IMG/VR virus record: IMGVR_UViG_3300042391_000634
Coordinates: 124,001-188,000 of that record
Reading direction: 5' to 3' (one strand)
Length of the DNA: 64,000 nt
Both the position numbers and the translations under genes were made by a program. A model generated the notes under the pieces. The model was given only the letters and a program-made list of their open reading frames with translations. It was not told where the DNA came from and did not search any database. Below are positions 26,833 to 35,574 of the stretch, in pieces (positions within the stretch are counted from its first letter, which is position 1; every line of letters starts with the position of its first letter).

Positions 26833-27033
26833 ATGAACAAACCATTATTAGACTTATTTGAAACTGCGGGTAAGAACGATTTTGAATTCACTTATAAAAC
26901 AGGTGATGGAGATAATGTTTTAACTTTGGATTTAGAGAATAAAAAATTAACATTAATTATTGGGAACCCTGAAGATGAAAATTTAGAAACAACACTAAGG
27001 GACGCTATTTTAACCATTAAAGGAGACTCTTAA
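26833..27033 (+). CDS. Hypothetical small acidic protein
   Basis: 66-aa ORF with its own TATATTTA box at 26821-26828. Confidence 0.5.
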   Translation: MNKPLLDLFETAGKNDFEFTYKTGDGDNVLTLDLENKKLTLIIGNPEDENLETTLRDAILTIKGDS

Positions 27034-28768
27034 GTAAATCCTTACTAAACGATTCAGAGTATTCCCCGTCCCCCATAACTTGGTCTATAATTCCTTTTTT
27101 CTTTTGTAAAATATTATAAATTATCTTTTCAACTGTATTCTCAAAAACGGGATAATAAACTAATACACTATTCTGTTGTCCATAACGATATGCTCTATCT
27201 TCGGCTTGACTATGATGTGCAGGAACAAATGATAAGTCATTCATAATAACAACCTCACCGGCGGTTAAAGTAATACCAACACCACCAGCAATAATATTAG
27301 AAATGAATATTTTTACTTTATCTTCATTTTGAAATCTATCAACACTTTCTTGTTTCTTTTCTTTAGACATACTACCATTTAATATTACAGAGTTCTTTTT
27401 GTATTTCTCATGTAACATATCTAATGACATTGTAAAGTTGGTGAATACAATTACTTTCTTTCCTTGGTCTAAACATTTATCTATAATCTCACAAGTATAT
27501 GGAATTTTTTCGTAAGCAATAAGTTGTCTAATTTTCATTAAACGATTTAAAGTCACACTTAATGTTTCTTTATCTTTATTGTCATTACTAATTCTTGTAA
27601 ACTCTTCTAACTCCTCATCATACATTTTACTACTTAATTCCACAAACACAGGAGTAACAATCTTTTCAGGTAAATCTAAAATATCGGTTTTCATTCTACG
27701 AAGAACATATGATTTTGTTCTTTCACGTAATTCGTCTAAATTACTTGCCCCACTTGTGTTCCACACTTTTCTATTTCCAACTGTGAATTGATATCCTTTA
27801 CAATAACGACGAACGTATGATTGCCAATTTAATGTTAAAGGTGAATCAACAATCTTCAATAAGTTGAAGTAATTTATTGGTCTTGATGTCATCGGTGTTC
27901 CCGTCAATAACCAAACTCTTGGTATGGTTTCCAATACGTCATTTAATAAACGAGTTCTATTTGCCGTGGAGTTTGAAACATAATGAGCCTCATCCACAAT
28001 TGCCAAATCAAACTTTTCATTTACCAATAACTTATAGTCGTCACTATCTTCACTTTTTTCTGTGGTATGATAATTCTTTAATATATCGTAATTAATAATA
28101 TAGTAATCAAAAGTAGACCCCCACTTACGACCTTCAACTATTAAAACTTTTCTATCTGTGTAATTTTTAATCTCCCTGTCCCAATTTATTTTAAGAGATG
28201 CTGGACATACAATTAAAACTTTCTTAGCTCCACTTTCCATTGACGCAATAACCGCTGCCGTCGTTTTTCCAAGACCCATATCGTCAGCTAATATAAACTT
28301 ATTGTTCGCTAATAACTTCTCAATGGCAACCTTCTGGTGTTCCATAGGGGGACGATTATCATATGGACTATAATCAATAACACGATTTAACTTTTTCTCA
28401 TCTTGAACAATGGCGGACTTAGGTAACCACATTGCGTAGTTTTGTTCTTTTTCAATTACTTTACCCCAAATATGATAAGCTTTATCTGACTCACATAATA
28501 ATTTTTCACACCATATTTTTTCAGGAACTAACGGAAGTAATCTCTCCTCCATTATTTTCTCACCAAATGTAGAAACGATATTAATATACTTACGAGCTAC
28601 CTTTGGGTCGGTATCTTTATATTTTAGGACATATTCAGACTGAGGACGAGTTAGTTTAAAATTTTTAACTTCCACAAATTTGCGTTTGTATTCCAACAAA
28701 ACATTATTGGAACCGATATAATCGTTTAACATTTCCCTTGCTTCAACCTCAGGTATTTTCTTTTCCAT
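27017..28768 (-). CDS. SNF2-family (SF2) helicase/annealing ATPase
   Basis: ILADDMGLGKT, IVCPASLKINW, IVDEAHY, LLTGTPMTSRP, GVGITLT, QAEDRAYRYGQ. Confidence 0.93.
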   Translation of the reverse strand: MEKKIPEVEAREMLNDYIGSNNVLLEYKRKFVEVKNFKLTRPQSEYVLKYKDTDPKVARKYINIVSTFGEKIMEERLLPLVPEKIWCEKLLCESDKAYHIWGKVIEKEQNYAMWLPKSAIVQDEKKLNRVIDYSPYDNRPPMEHQKVAIEKLLANNKFILADDMGLGKTTAAVIASMESGAKKVLIVCPASLKINWDREIKNYTDRKVLIVEGRKWGSTFDYYIINYDILKNYHTTEKSEDSDDYKLLVNEKFDLAIVDEAHYVSNSTANRTRLLNDVLETIPRVWLLTGTPMTSRPINYFNLLKIVDSPLTLNWQSYVRRYCKGYQFTVGNRKVWNTSGASNLDELRERTKSYVLRRMKTDILDLPEKIVTPVFVELSSKMYDEELEEFTRISNDNKDKETLSVTLNRLMKIRQLIAYEKIPYTCEIIDKCLDQGKKVIVFTNFTMSLDMLHEKYKKNSVILNGSMSKEKKQESVDRFQNEDKVKIFISNIIAGGVGITLTAGEVVIMNDLSFVPAHHSQAEDRAYRYGQQNSVLVYYPVFENTVEKIIYNILQKKKGIIDQVMGDGEYSESFSKDLLKSLL

Positions 28769-28822
28769 CTATTATATATAATATAACTAAATAGAACGGA
28801 ACATTAAACTATTTATTAAGAT

Positions 28823-29335
28823 ATGAACAATAAGTTACCAATTACCCGTTTAGGTAAATTCTTCTCACAAGACGATTTTGATGTTAATATTCAAATGGGT
28901 CAGGAGTATCTACATGGAGATTTGAATATGAAATTGGTCTTATATCGTGTAGATAGACAAAAGACCGATAATGACGATGTTTATGCTGAAGCAGGTATGG
29001 ATGAAATTAAGTTTTTTCCTCCTGTTGAGTTTAATGCATTAGTTAAAATAGATGAACCTAAAAACGCATCATATACAAAAGGTCTCATGAGGTATAACGA
29101 ACCAGGTAATATGACATTATCTATTTATATCACACATCTTAAAGAATTGGGGATAGACATAAGATACGGTGATTATATAGGTTATGCAGATTCTGAAGAA
29201 AGATTAAGATATTATACCGTTACAAACGACGGTAGAGTAACGTCGGATAATAAACATAAAATGTTTGGATACAAACCACATTATAGAACGGTAGTTTGTG
29301 CACCAACACAAGAAGGTGAATTTAGAGGAGTTTAA
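28823..29335 (+). CDS. Neck/head-closure protein (gp14-like)
   Basis: DDVYAEA...FFPPVEFNALV...LKELGIDIRYGDYI; TATTTAT box upstream; lies before the gp15-like gene. Confidence 0.55.
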   Translation: MNNKLPITRLGKFFSQDDFDVNIQMGQEYLHGDLNMKLVLYRVDRQKTDNDDVYAEAGMDEIKFFPPVEFNALVKIDEPKNASYTKGLMRYNEPGNMTLSIYITHLKELGIDIRYGDYIGYADSEERLRYYTVTNDGRVTSDNKHKMFGYKPHYRTVVCAPTQEGEFRGV

Positions 29336-29338
29336 TAT

Positions 29339-30598
29339 ATGGGAATACCTAAAAGAAAAAACATGATTAATGTTTACGGAAATAAGGACACTTATGAAGG
29401 TGAACATATTGGAAAAAGAAGACAAGAGTTATTGGATAAAATAACAAAGTCAGATTCTTTTTTACCTGATTCTATTTTACATGATGATTTAGATAAGGGG
29501 ATGTTGGATTATGTAAAAGATAATTTAAAAGTGGTTTCTGATGCAGTTCAAATTCCAATTATAGAAAAAATTCTTACAATACAAAGATGGGGTGAATTTA
29601 CCTCAAATTGGTCTTTTTCTGATGATGACGGTAATGTTAAATTACCTTTTATTGCAATTATTAGAAAACCAGATGTACAATTTGGAACAAACCCATCAAT
29701 ACAAAGAACCATTCCTGATAGACATCAGTTTCATTATGCAACCGTTCCTACTTGGGATGGAACATCTGTGGGTGCTGATATATACAAAATACCACAACCA
29801 ATACCGTGTGATATTAGTTATGATATTACAATCGTTTGTAATAAGTTTAGAGATTTAAATAAGTTTAATAAAATTATTCTACAACATTTCTCATCTAGAC
29901 AAGCCTATACACAAGTTAAAGGACATTACATTCCTATTATATTAGAAACAATTGAAGATAACACACCAATGGATACAATAGATGGACGTAGATTTTATAT
30001 GCAAAACTATAAATGCACAATGTTAGGGTTTCTGATTGATAGTGATGAGTTTGAGGTAAAGCCAGCAATAAGTCGAGCATTTATTGTTAATGAATCTTTA
30101 GGTGGGGCAACTTTTAAGAAAAAATATGTAAATAAATCGGTAGACATAGTTATCTCAACAATCATAGCGGGAGAAAACCAAACAATATTTACGGTTGGAG
30201 AAAGTATTACAGTTTTATTTAATGTTGCAATAAATGGAATCGTTCAAGAAAAAGATATACATTATAGACATATTGGAGGAACATCTAATATTATATTTGA
30301 TTTAGTTGGAACTCCATCATTAGGTGATGTTATTACGATTAGTTATTATAAAGGAAAAAATAATAAGATGTATGATCAATTTGGTTATGAACTTACGGTT
30401 GGACGTGAAAGTTATACTTTTAATGGAACCAATTTATCTTTTACGTTATTACATAAAATTAGTTCTGTTATCAGTATTACCACAAATGGTTTGGTTGAAT
30501 ACAACGATGAGGGATATCAATTAACCGATACAAATGAGGTTACTTTAACAAGTGCACCAGTCAACGGGTCAAAAATGGATTTTGTTTATCTTTATTAA
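29339..30598 (+). CDS. Tail terminator/completion protein (gp15-like) with a C-terminal beta-repeat extension
   Basis: LPFIAIIR, PIPCDISYDITI, LGFLID core; position directly before the sheath gene. Confidence 0.6.
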   Translation: MGIPKRKNMINVYGNKDTYEGEHIGKRRQELLDKITKSDSFLPDSILHDDLDKGMLDYVKDNLKVVSDAVQIPIIEKILTIQRWGEFTSNWSFSDDDGNVKLPFIAIIRKPDVQFGTNPSIQRTIPDRHQFHYATVPTWDGTSVGADIYKIPQPIPCDISYDITIVCNKFRDLNKFNKIILQHFSSRQAYTQVKGHYIPIILETIEDNTPMDTIDGRRFYMQNYKCTMLGFLIDSDEFEVKPAISRAFIVNESLGGATFKKKYVNKSVDIVISTIIAGENQTIFTVGESITVLFNVAINGIVQEKDIHYRHIGGTSNIIFDLVGTPSLGDVITISYYKGKNNKMYDQFGYELTVGRESYTFNGTNLSFTLLHKISSVISITTNGLVEYNDEGYQLTDTNEVTLTSAPVNGSKMDFVYLY

Positions 30599-30753
30599 TC
30601 ATCTCCATAAATGTCCTTTTTCTTAGGTTTTACCAAATCCTCAATGTGTTTTTCTAAGACTTTATAAATTTTAAGTCCATTATTATCACAATAATTTTTT
30701 AGTATTTCATGGTGTTTTACACTTATTTTAACGTTTTTTTGATTCTTTTCCAT
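30595..30753 (-). CDS. 52-aa ribbon-helix-helix-like DNA-binding protein (below the ORF-track length cutoff)
   Basis: Translated by hand: MEKNQKNVKISVKHHEILKNYCDNNGLKIYKVLEKHIEDLVKPKKKDIYGDD; beta strand KNVKIS, helix A, G-L turn, helix B; TATTTAT box at 30771-30777 (minus). Confidence 0.7.
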   Translation of the reverse strand: MEKNQKNVKISVKHHEILKNYCDNNGLKIYKVLEKHIEDLVKPKKKDIYGDD

Positions 30754-30756
30754 AAT

Positions 30757-30830
30757 AAAGATATTAAAAGATAAATAACTATCTTTTTTAAAAAAGTTGG
30801 GAAATCTTTGATAAAAACAAAGATATTTAT
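30757..30830. promoter_or_regulatory. Divergent late promoters (RHH gene and sheath) with four AAAGATA boxes
   Basis: AAAGATA at 30757, 30767 and 30819, inverted TATCTTT at 30780; TATTTAT boxes at 30771-30777 (minus) and 30824-30830 (plus). Confidence 0.55.
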
Positions 30831-30869
30831 TAGATAAGTAATAAAATTAATTTAACCAAACAAAAATCA

Positions 30870-33767
30870 ATGGCAAGTAATAACAGAGTTTTCGTGTCTC
30901 CAGGTGTCTATACATCCGAGCTCGATTTAACATTTGTAGCACAGAGTGTAGGTGTTACCACATTAGGTTTATCAGGTGAGACTTTAAAAGGTCCAGCTTT
31001 TGAACCAATTTTAATTTCTAGTTTTGACGATTTTAAATTGTATTTTGGTAGTACATCACCAGAAAAAGATGGTAACGGTAATCCTAAATATGAATTAGGA
31101 TATGTTGCAAAATCATATTTACAAGAATCAAATCAATTATTCGTAACAAGAGTATTAGGTCTTACAGGATATAAACCATATAAAACATTCGGTATTAAAA
31201 CTATCGGAGGTGTTATATTACAAGAATATCAAACTATAACAGAATGGACAGGTACATCTGGATTAACACCGACAACAGTTGGTATTGATGATATATCTTT
31301 AATTTATAATCATTTGTCGAATAAACCGGCACATGATGGTACTATGATTACTGATTATATTGTTAAAAATTACAGTGGATTAACAAATGCAGATAATGGT
31401 AAGTGGTTTGTAATGGGAGCAATTCCATCTGAAGAAATATCATTACTACCAAGTTCAACTTTAGAACTTGAGTCTCCATTAACAGGAAAAGTTAATAGTG
31501 ATAATAATAATACTAAAGAATGGACTAATGTATTATTCAATTTAGCAACACCGAGTGATCACACAACTGTAGATGGTGTTTATTCATATTTATTTGAATG
31601 GAAAAGTGGTACAACTAAATTTGATGTAACAAGATTTAATTGGGATGCTGAATTGGCTGTAGATTATGATAACATAATTGTTGCCGCTTTTAGACCTAGA
31701 GGTCGTTACAGTGGACAAACATTAATTCATGAGGTTACAACAAATACGGGTTTCACTTTAACTGAGATTGATGATATGGAACATAATCCATTAGGAGAAT
31801 TTACAATAAATGTTGTAGGTCATACAGAAGGTGCAAAAGAATTTACATGTACATTTGACACCACTTCATCAAAATATATTACTAAAGTTTTAGGAGTTGA
31901 TGTTTTCGATAAAGATTATCGTGATTACCCCATTTATATTCATGAATCATATCCAAATTTTTTAAAGTCAGGATTTGAAAGAGGTTTAATTAGAGGTATT
32001 TCTATGGATGTTTCTTACGAGACAGAGGGAAATAATTTCTTACAACAATGGGACACAACAATTTCTCCAATGGTAGTTTCTGAAGTTCGTGGTGGTAGTG
32101 TTGCTGATTTATTCCAAGTTATTACAATTTCAGATGGTGAGGCCGCTAACTTTGAAGTAAAAATTAATATTCAAAACATTAATTTAGATACTATGGAGTT
32201 TGATTTAGTAGTTCGTGATTTTAATGATACTGATGACAATCAAGTTGCTTTAGAGAAATATACAAGATGTTCAATGAATCCAGATGTTCCAGGTTATATA
32301 GCTAAGAAAATAGGTACATCTGATGGTGAATATGCATTGGTTTCAAAAAGAATCATGTTAATGATGGCAGACGGAGCACCTGTGGATGCAATTCCAGCTG
32401 GATTTAAAGGTTTTGCTAACAATGAACAATTTGGGGCAGATAACGATACATTTGGTAGTATTATATATAAAACAAAATATAATGACGCTGGCGATGTTGT
32501 AACATATGATACAACAGGAGCACCTAATATTGAGGGTGGAGATAAAGTGAGAAAGGTTATTTTAGGATTATCAAGTACAGTTGGTTTTGACCGAGATTTG
32601 TTAAAATATAAAGGTGTAAATGCGTCAACTGAAACATTCGGTTTCCATTTATCCGTAAATGCGGCAACAATTACAGGTACAACTTTTCATACTACCGAAT
32701 ATGATTTAGAAGGACAAACTAATGAAGAAACAAATAAATTAACAAATATCAACTATCGTAAATTTGCTTTTGCAGTATATGGTGGTAGAGATGGTTGGGA
32801 CATTTATAGAAATGTTAGGACTAACGACGATCGTTATATTTTTGGTAAAACAACTTATAAGTCAGAAGTTTTACTTACAGGTGTGTTTAATCCAACTATC
32901 GGTAATTCTGACTATTATGCTTATTTACAAGGTATTGAAACATATTCAAACCCTGAAGCTGTTGATATTAACGTATTTGCAACCCCTGGTATTAACTTTT
33001 ACGACCATAGTTCTTTAGTTAATCAAGCAATTGACATGATTGAAACAGATAGAGCGGATTCTTTATATGTTATGAATTCACCAAATATCACAGGTCCTTC
33101 TGCAACGGAAGATATTGTAAATGCTTTAGACAGTGCTTCAATTGACTCTAACTACTCAGCAACATATTGGCCTTGGATTCAAGTAAGAGATGTAGATAAT
33201 GCAACTCAATTATATATCCCACCAACAGGTGAGGTATTGAAAAATATCGCCTTAACTGATAATGTATCATATCCTTGGTTCGCAGTTGCGGGTTACAGTA
33301 GAGGTTTGGTTAACGCAGTCAAAGCAACCAAAAAATTAACTTTAGACGATAGAGACGTATTATATAAGAATAGAATTAACCCAATTGCAACATTCTCTGA
33401 TACAGGAACCATTATTTGGGGTAACAAAACGTTACAAGTTAGAGAATCTGCACTTGATAGAATCAACGTAAGAAGATTGTTATTAAGAGCAAGAAAGTTA
33501 ATTTCAGCTGTTTCTGTAAGATTATTGTTTGAACAAAACGATGACCAGGTAAGAAACGAATTCTTAAGATTGGTAAATCCTATCTTGGATGCAATTAAGA
33601 AAGAAAGAGGTTTGTATGACTTCCGTGTAACAGTATCTAACGATCCTGAGGATATCGACGCAAACACAATGAGAGGTAAGATTTACATCAAACCAACTCG
33701 TTCTCTTGAATACATCGATGTAGAATTCATTATTACTCCAACAGGAGCTTCATTTGAAAATATCTAA
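30870..33767 (+). CDS. gp18: Tail sheath protein (gp18 family)
   Basis: N-terminal FVSPGVYTSELDLT; C-terminal YWPWIQ...PPTG...WFAVAGYSRG...LYKNRINPI...WGNKTLQ...DRINVRRLL...IKPTRSLEYI. Confidence 0.97.
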   Translation: MASNNRVFVSPGVYTSELDLTFVAQSVGVTTLGLSGETLKGPAFEPILISSFDDFKLYFGSTSPEKDGNGNPKYELGYVAKSYLQESNQLFVTRVLGLTGYKPYKTFGIKTIGGVILQEYQTITEWTGTSGLTPTTVGIDDISLIYNHLSNKPAHDGTMITDYIVKNYSGLTNADNGKWFVMGAIPSEEISLLPSSTLELESPLTGKVNSDNNNTKEWTNVLFNLATPSDHTTVDGVYSYLFEWKSGTTKFDVTRFNWDAELAVDYDNIIVAAFRPRGRYSGQTLIHEVTTNTGFTLTEIDDMEHNPLGEFTINVVGHTEGAKEFTCTFDTTSSKYITKVLGVDVFDKDYRDYPIYIHESYPNFLKSGFERGLIRGISMDVSYETEGNNFLQQWDTTISPMVVSEVRGGSVADLFQVITISDGEAANFEVKINIQNINLDTMEFDLVVRDFNDTDDNQVALEKYTRCSMNPDVPGYIAKKIGTSDGEYALVSKRIMLMMADGAPVDAIPAGFKGFANNEQFGADNDTFGSIIYKTKYNDAGDVVTYDTTGAPNIEGGDKVRKVILGLSSTVGFDRDLLKYKGVNASTETFGFHLSVNAATITGTTFHTTEYDLEGQTNEETNKLTNINYRKFAFAVYGGRDGWDIYRNVRTNDDRYIFGKTTYKSEVLLTGVFNPTIGNSDYYAYLQGIETYSNPEAVDINVFATPGINFYDHSSLVNQAIDMIETDRADSLYVMNSPNITGPSATEDIVNALDSASIDSNYSATYWPWIQVRDVDNATQLYIPPTGEVLKNIALTDNVSYPWFAVAGYSRGLVNAVKATKKLTLDDRDVLYKNRINPIATFSDTGTIIWGNKTLQVRESALDRINVRRLLLRARKLISAVSVRLLFEQNDDQVRNEFLRLVNPILDAIKKERGLYDFRVTVSNDPEDIDANTMRGKIYIKPTRSLEYIDVEFIITPTGASFENI

Positions 33768-33791
33768 TATAAAAGGAGATATAAAAAGAAG

Positions 33792-33820
33792 AAGGATATC
33801 AGAAATGGTATCCTTTTTTT
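33792..33820 (+). terminator. Intrinsic terminator after the sheath gene
   Basis: AAGGATATCA-GAAA-TGGTATCCTT followed by a T run. Confidence 0.85.
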
Positions 33821-33821
33821 G

Positions 33822-33837
33822 TGCTCCACGTGGAACC
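33822..33837. promoter_or_regulatory. parS-like palindrome TGCTCCACGTGGAACC
   Basis: 14/16 identity to the parS sequence TGTTCCACGTGGAACA with a perfect TCCACGTGGA core; intergenic. Confidence 0.6.
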
Positions 33838-33877
33838 ATATTATATAATAATTATATCTTTATAAGATACCCAGAAT

Positions 33878-33951
33878 ACTGGAACTAGATATACTAGTAT
33901 TTATTATTAATATTAATTTATTTAAGTAGAATGTTAAACTGGAACTAGATA
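33878..33951 (+). repeat. 14-bp direct repeat ACTGGAACTAGATA, 2 copies 60 bp apart, flanking an almost pure A/T tract
   Basis: Copies at 33878-33891 and 33938-33951. Confidence 0.85.
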
Positions 33952-34088
33952 CTGGGGCCTGTAAAAAACTACGAAAAATAATTGACATAAACAACCTTTT
34001 TCATATAATTAATCTAAAATAAAATTATTTTCCTTTTGGATATATTTATAAGAAAGTAAATAACTAAAAAAATTTAACAACACACAAT

Positions 34089-34577
34089 ATGGCCGATTTA
34101 TTAATGAAAATGCCGACACCTTACGAACCAAAAAGGACAAACCGATTTATTGTAAGATTTAACTCATCTTTGGGTATAAACGAATGGTATGTATCCTCAG
34201 CCGCAAGACCAAGTGCAAAAATAAAATCTGTAGAGATTCCTTTTTTAAACACTAAAACATATGTTGCTGGTCAATTTGAATGGAACGAAATTAAAGTAAA
34301 GTTCAGAGATCCAATCGGACCTTCAGCAGCTCAAGCTTTAATGGAATGGTTCCGTTTACATGCTGAATCTGTAACAGGTCGTATGGGATATGCTGCTGGT
34401 TATAAAAAAGATGTAGAATTGGAGATGTTAGACCCAACAGGAGTTGTGGTTGAGAAATGGTTATTAGAAGGTTGTTTCTTAACTGATTTAAACTTTGGTG
34501 AATTGGACTACTCAAGAGATGATTTAGCCATGATTGATTGTTCATTAAGAATGGACAGATGTATATTAATCTATTAA
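34089..34577 (+). CDS. gp19: Tail tube protein (gp19 family)
   Basis: EPKRTNRFIV, ARPSAKIKSVEIPFLN, YVAGQFEWNEI, LDPTGVVVEKWLLEG, ELDYS, LRMDRC; follows the sheath gene. Confidence 0.92.
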   Translation: MADLLMKMPTPYEPKRTNRFIVRFNSSLGINEWYVSSAARPSAKIKSVEIPFLNTKTYVAGQFEWNEIKVKFRDPIGPSAAQALMEWFRLHAESVTGRMGYAAGYKKDVELEMLDPTGVVVEKWLLEGCFLTDLNFGELDYSRDDLAMIDCSLRMDRCILIY

Positions 34578-34601
34578 TATTATAATTTTTCATATATTAA
34601 G

Positions 34602-34638
34602 ACCGATAATTCAAAAGATTATCGGTTTTTCTTTTTTA
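34602..34638 (+). terminator. Intrinsic terminator after the tube gene
   Basis: ACCGATAAT-TCAAAAG-ATTATCGGT 9-bp stem plus a T run. Confidence 0.85.
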
Positions 34639-34680
34639 AAAACTTTACTTTGAACTAGTTATTATTTAAATTAAGATATT

Positions 34681-35430
34681 ATGGAAGAATCAAAAATTGA
34701 CCCAACAATAGGTTACGATGTAATTGAATTACCAAGTAGAGGAATACATTATTCAAGTAAAAGAAAAACATTAAGAGTTGCTTATTTAACGGCTTCAGAT
34801 GAGAACATTCTTTCATCCCCAAGTTTTTTAAGTACAAATACTGTTATTAGTGAACTTTTAAGAAGAAAAATTTTAGATAAAGATTTTCCAATTGATGAGG
34901 TTGTTGAGGAGGATAGACAAGCAATTTTAATATTTTTAAGAAATACTGCTTTTGGAACAGAATATAATATCACCACTACCGACCCAAAAACAAATTTAGA
35001 TTTTACAACAACTGTAGATTTAGAATCTTTAAAATTAAAAGATTTTAATTTAACTGAAAATTCTGAAGGTGAATATGGTTATTATTTAGAAAAAAGTAAA
35101 ACTGATATAACTTTTAAATTTTTAACACAAAAACAAGAAGACGAAATTAATAAAATTAAAGAAAGTTGGAACGGAAACGGAGTAGCTCCTATCATAACAA
35201 AACAACTTGAAATGATGATTAAATCTATTAATGGAGTAAAAGATGCTTTAAAAATTAGGAGTTTTGTGGAGTTGATGCCAATAAGAGATTCACAAAATTT
35301 TAGAAAATACGTTCAAGATAATAAACCAGGGTTAGATTTAACCCAAACAGTAACAACCCCGTCAGGAGACACAATCCAAGTTAATATTGGGTTCGGGGTT
35401 GAGTTCTTTCGCCCTTTCTACTCAATATAA
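34681..35430 (+). CDS. Tail/baseplate assembly chaperone (gp26-like, gpG analogue)
   Basis: YDVIELPSRGIHY, VAYLTASDENIL, DRQAILIFLRNTAFG, PGLDL...GVEFFRP; lies between the tube and tape measure genes. Confidence 0.75.
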   Translation: MEESKIDPTIGYDVIELPSRGIHYSSKRKTLRVAYLTASDENILSSPSFLSTNTVISELLRRKILDKDFPIDEVVEEDRQAILIFLRNTAFGTEYNITTTDPKTNLDFTTTVDLESLKLKDFNLTENSEGEYGYYLEKSKTDITFKFLTQKQEDEINKIKESWNGNGVAPIITKQLEMMIKSINGVKDALKIRSFVELMPIRDSQNFRKYVQDNKPGLDLTQTVTTPSGDTIQVNIGFGVEFFRPFYSI

Positions 35431-35563
35431 AAAAGGACAATTAGACGAAATTTTATTTTTAGTTAAAAAAGGATTCACATATGGTGATGTTTTAACTATG
35501 CCCGTCCATTTAAGAAGATATTATGTTAATTATATAATTGAATTAGAAAATAATACTCAATAG
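35408..35563 (+). CDS. +1-frame extension of the chaperone (gpGT/gp51-like segment), not in the ORF track
   Basis: +1 frame reads FALSTQYKKGQLDEILFLVKKGFTYGDVLTMPVHLRRYYVNYIIELENNTQ*; the only ATG is late; candidate shift site TTC TTT CGC at 35404-35412. Confidence 0.65.
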   Translation, partial: FALSTQYKKGQLDEILFLVKKGFTYGDVLTMPVHLRRYYVNYIIELENNTQ

Positions 35564-35574
35564 TATTTATAGGT

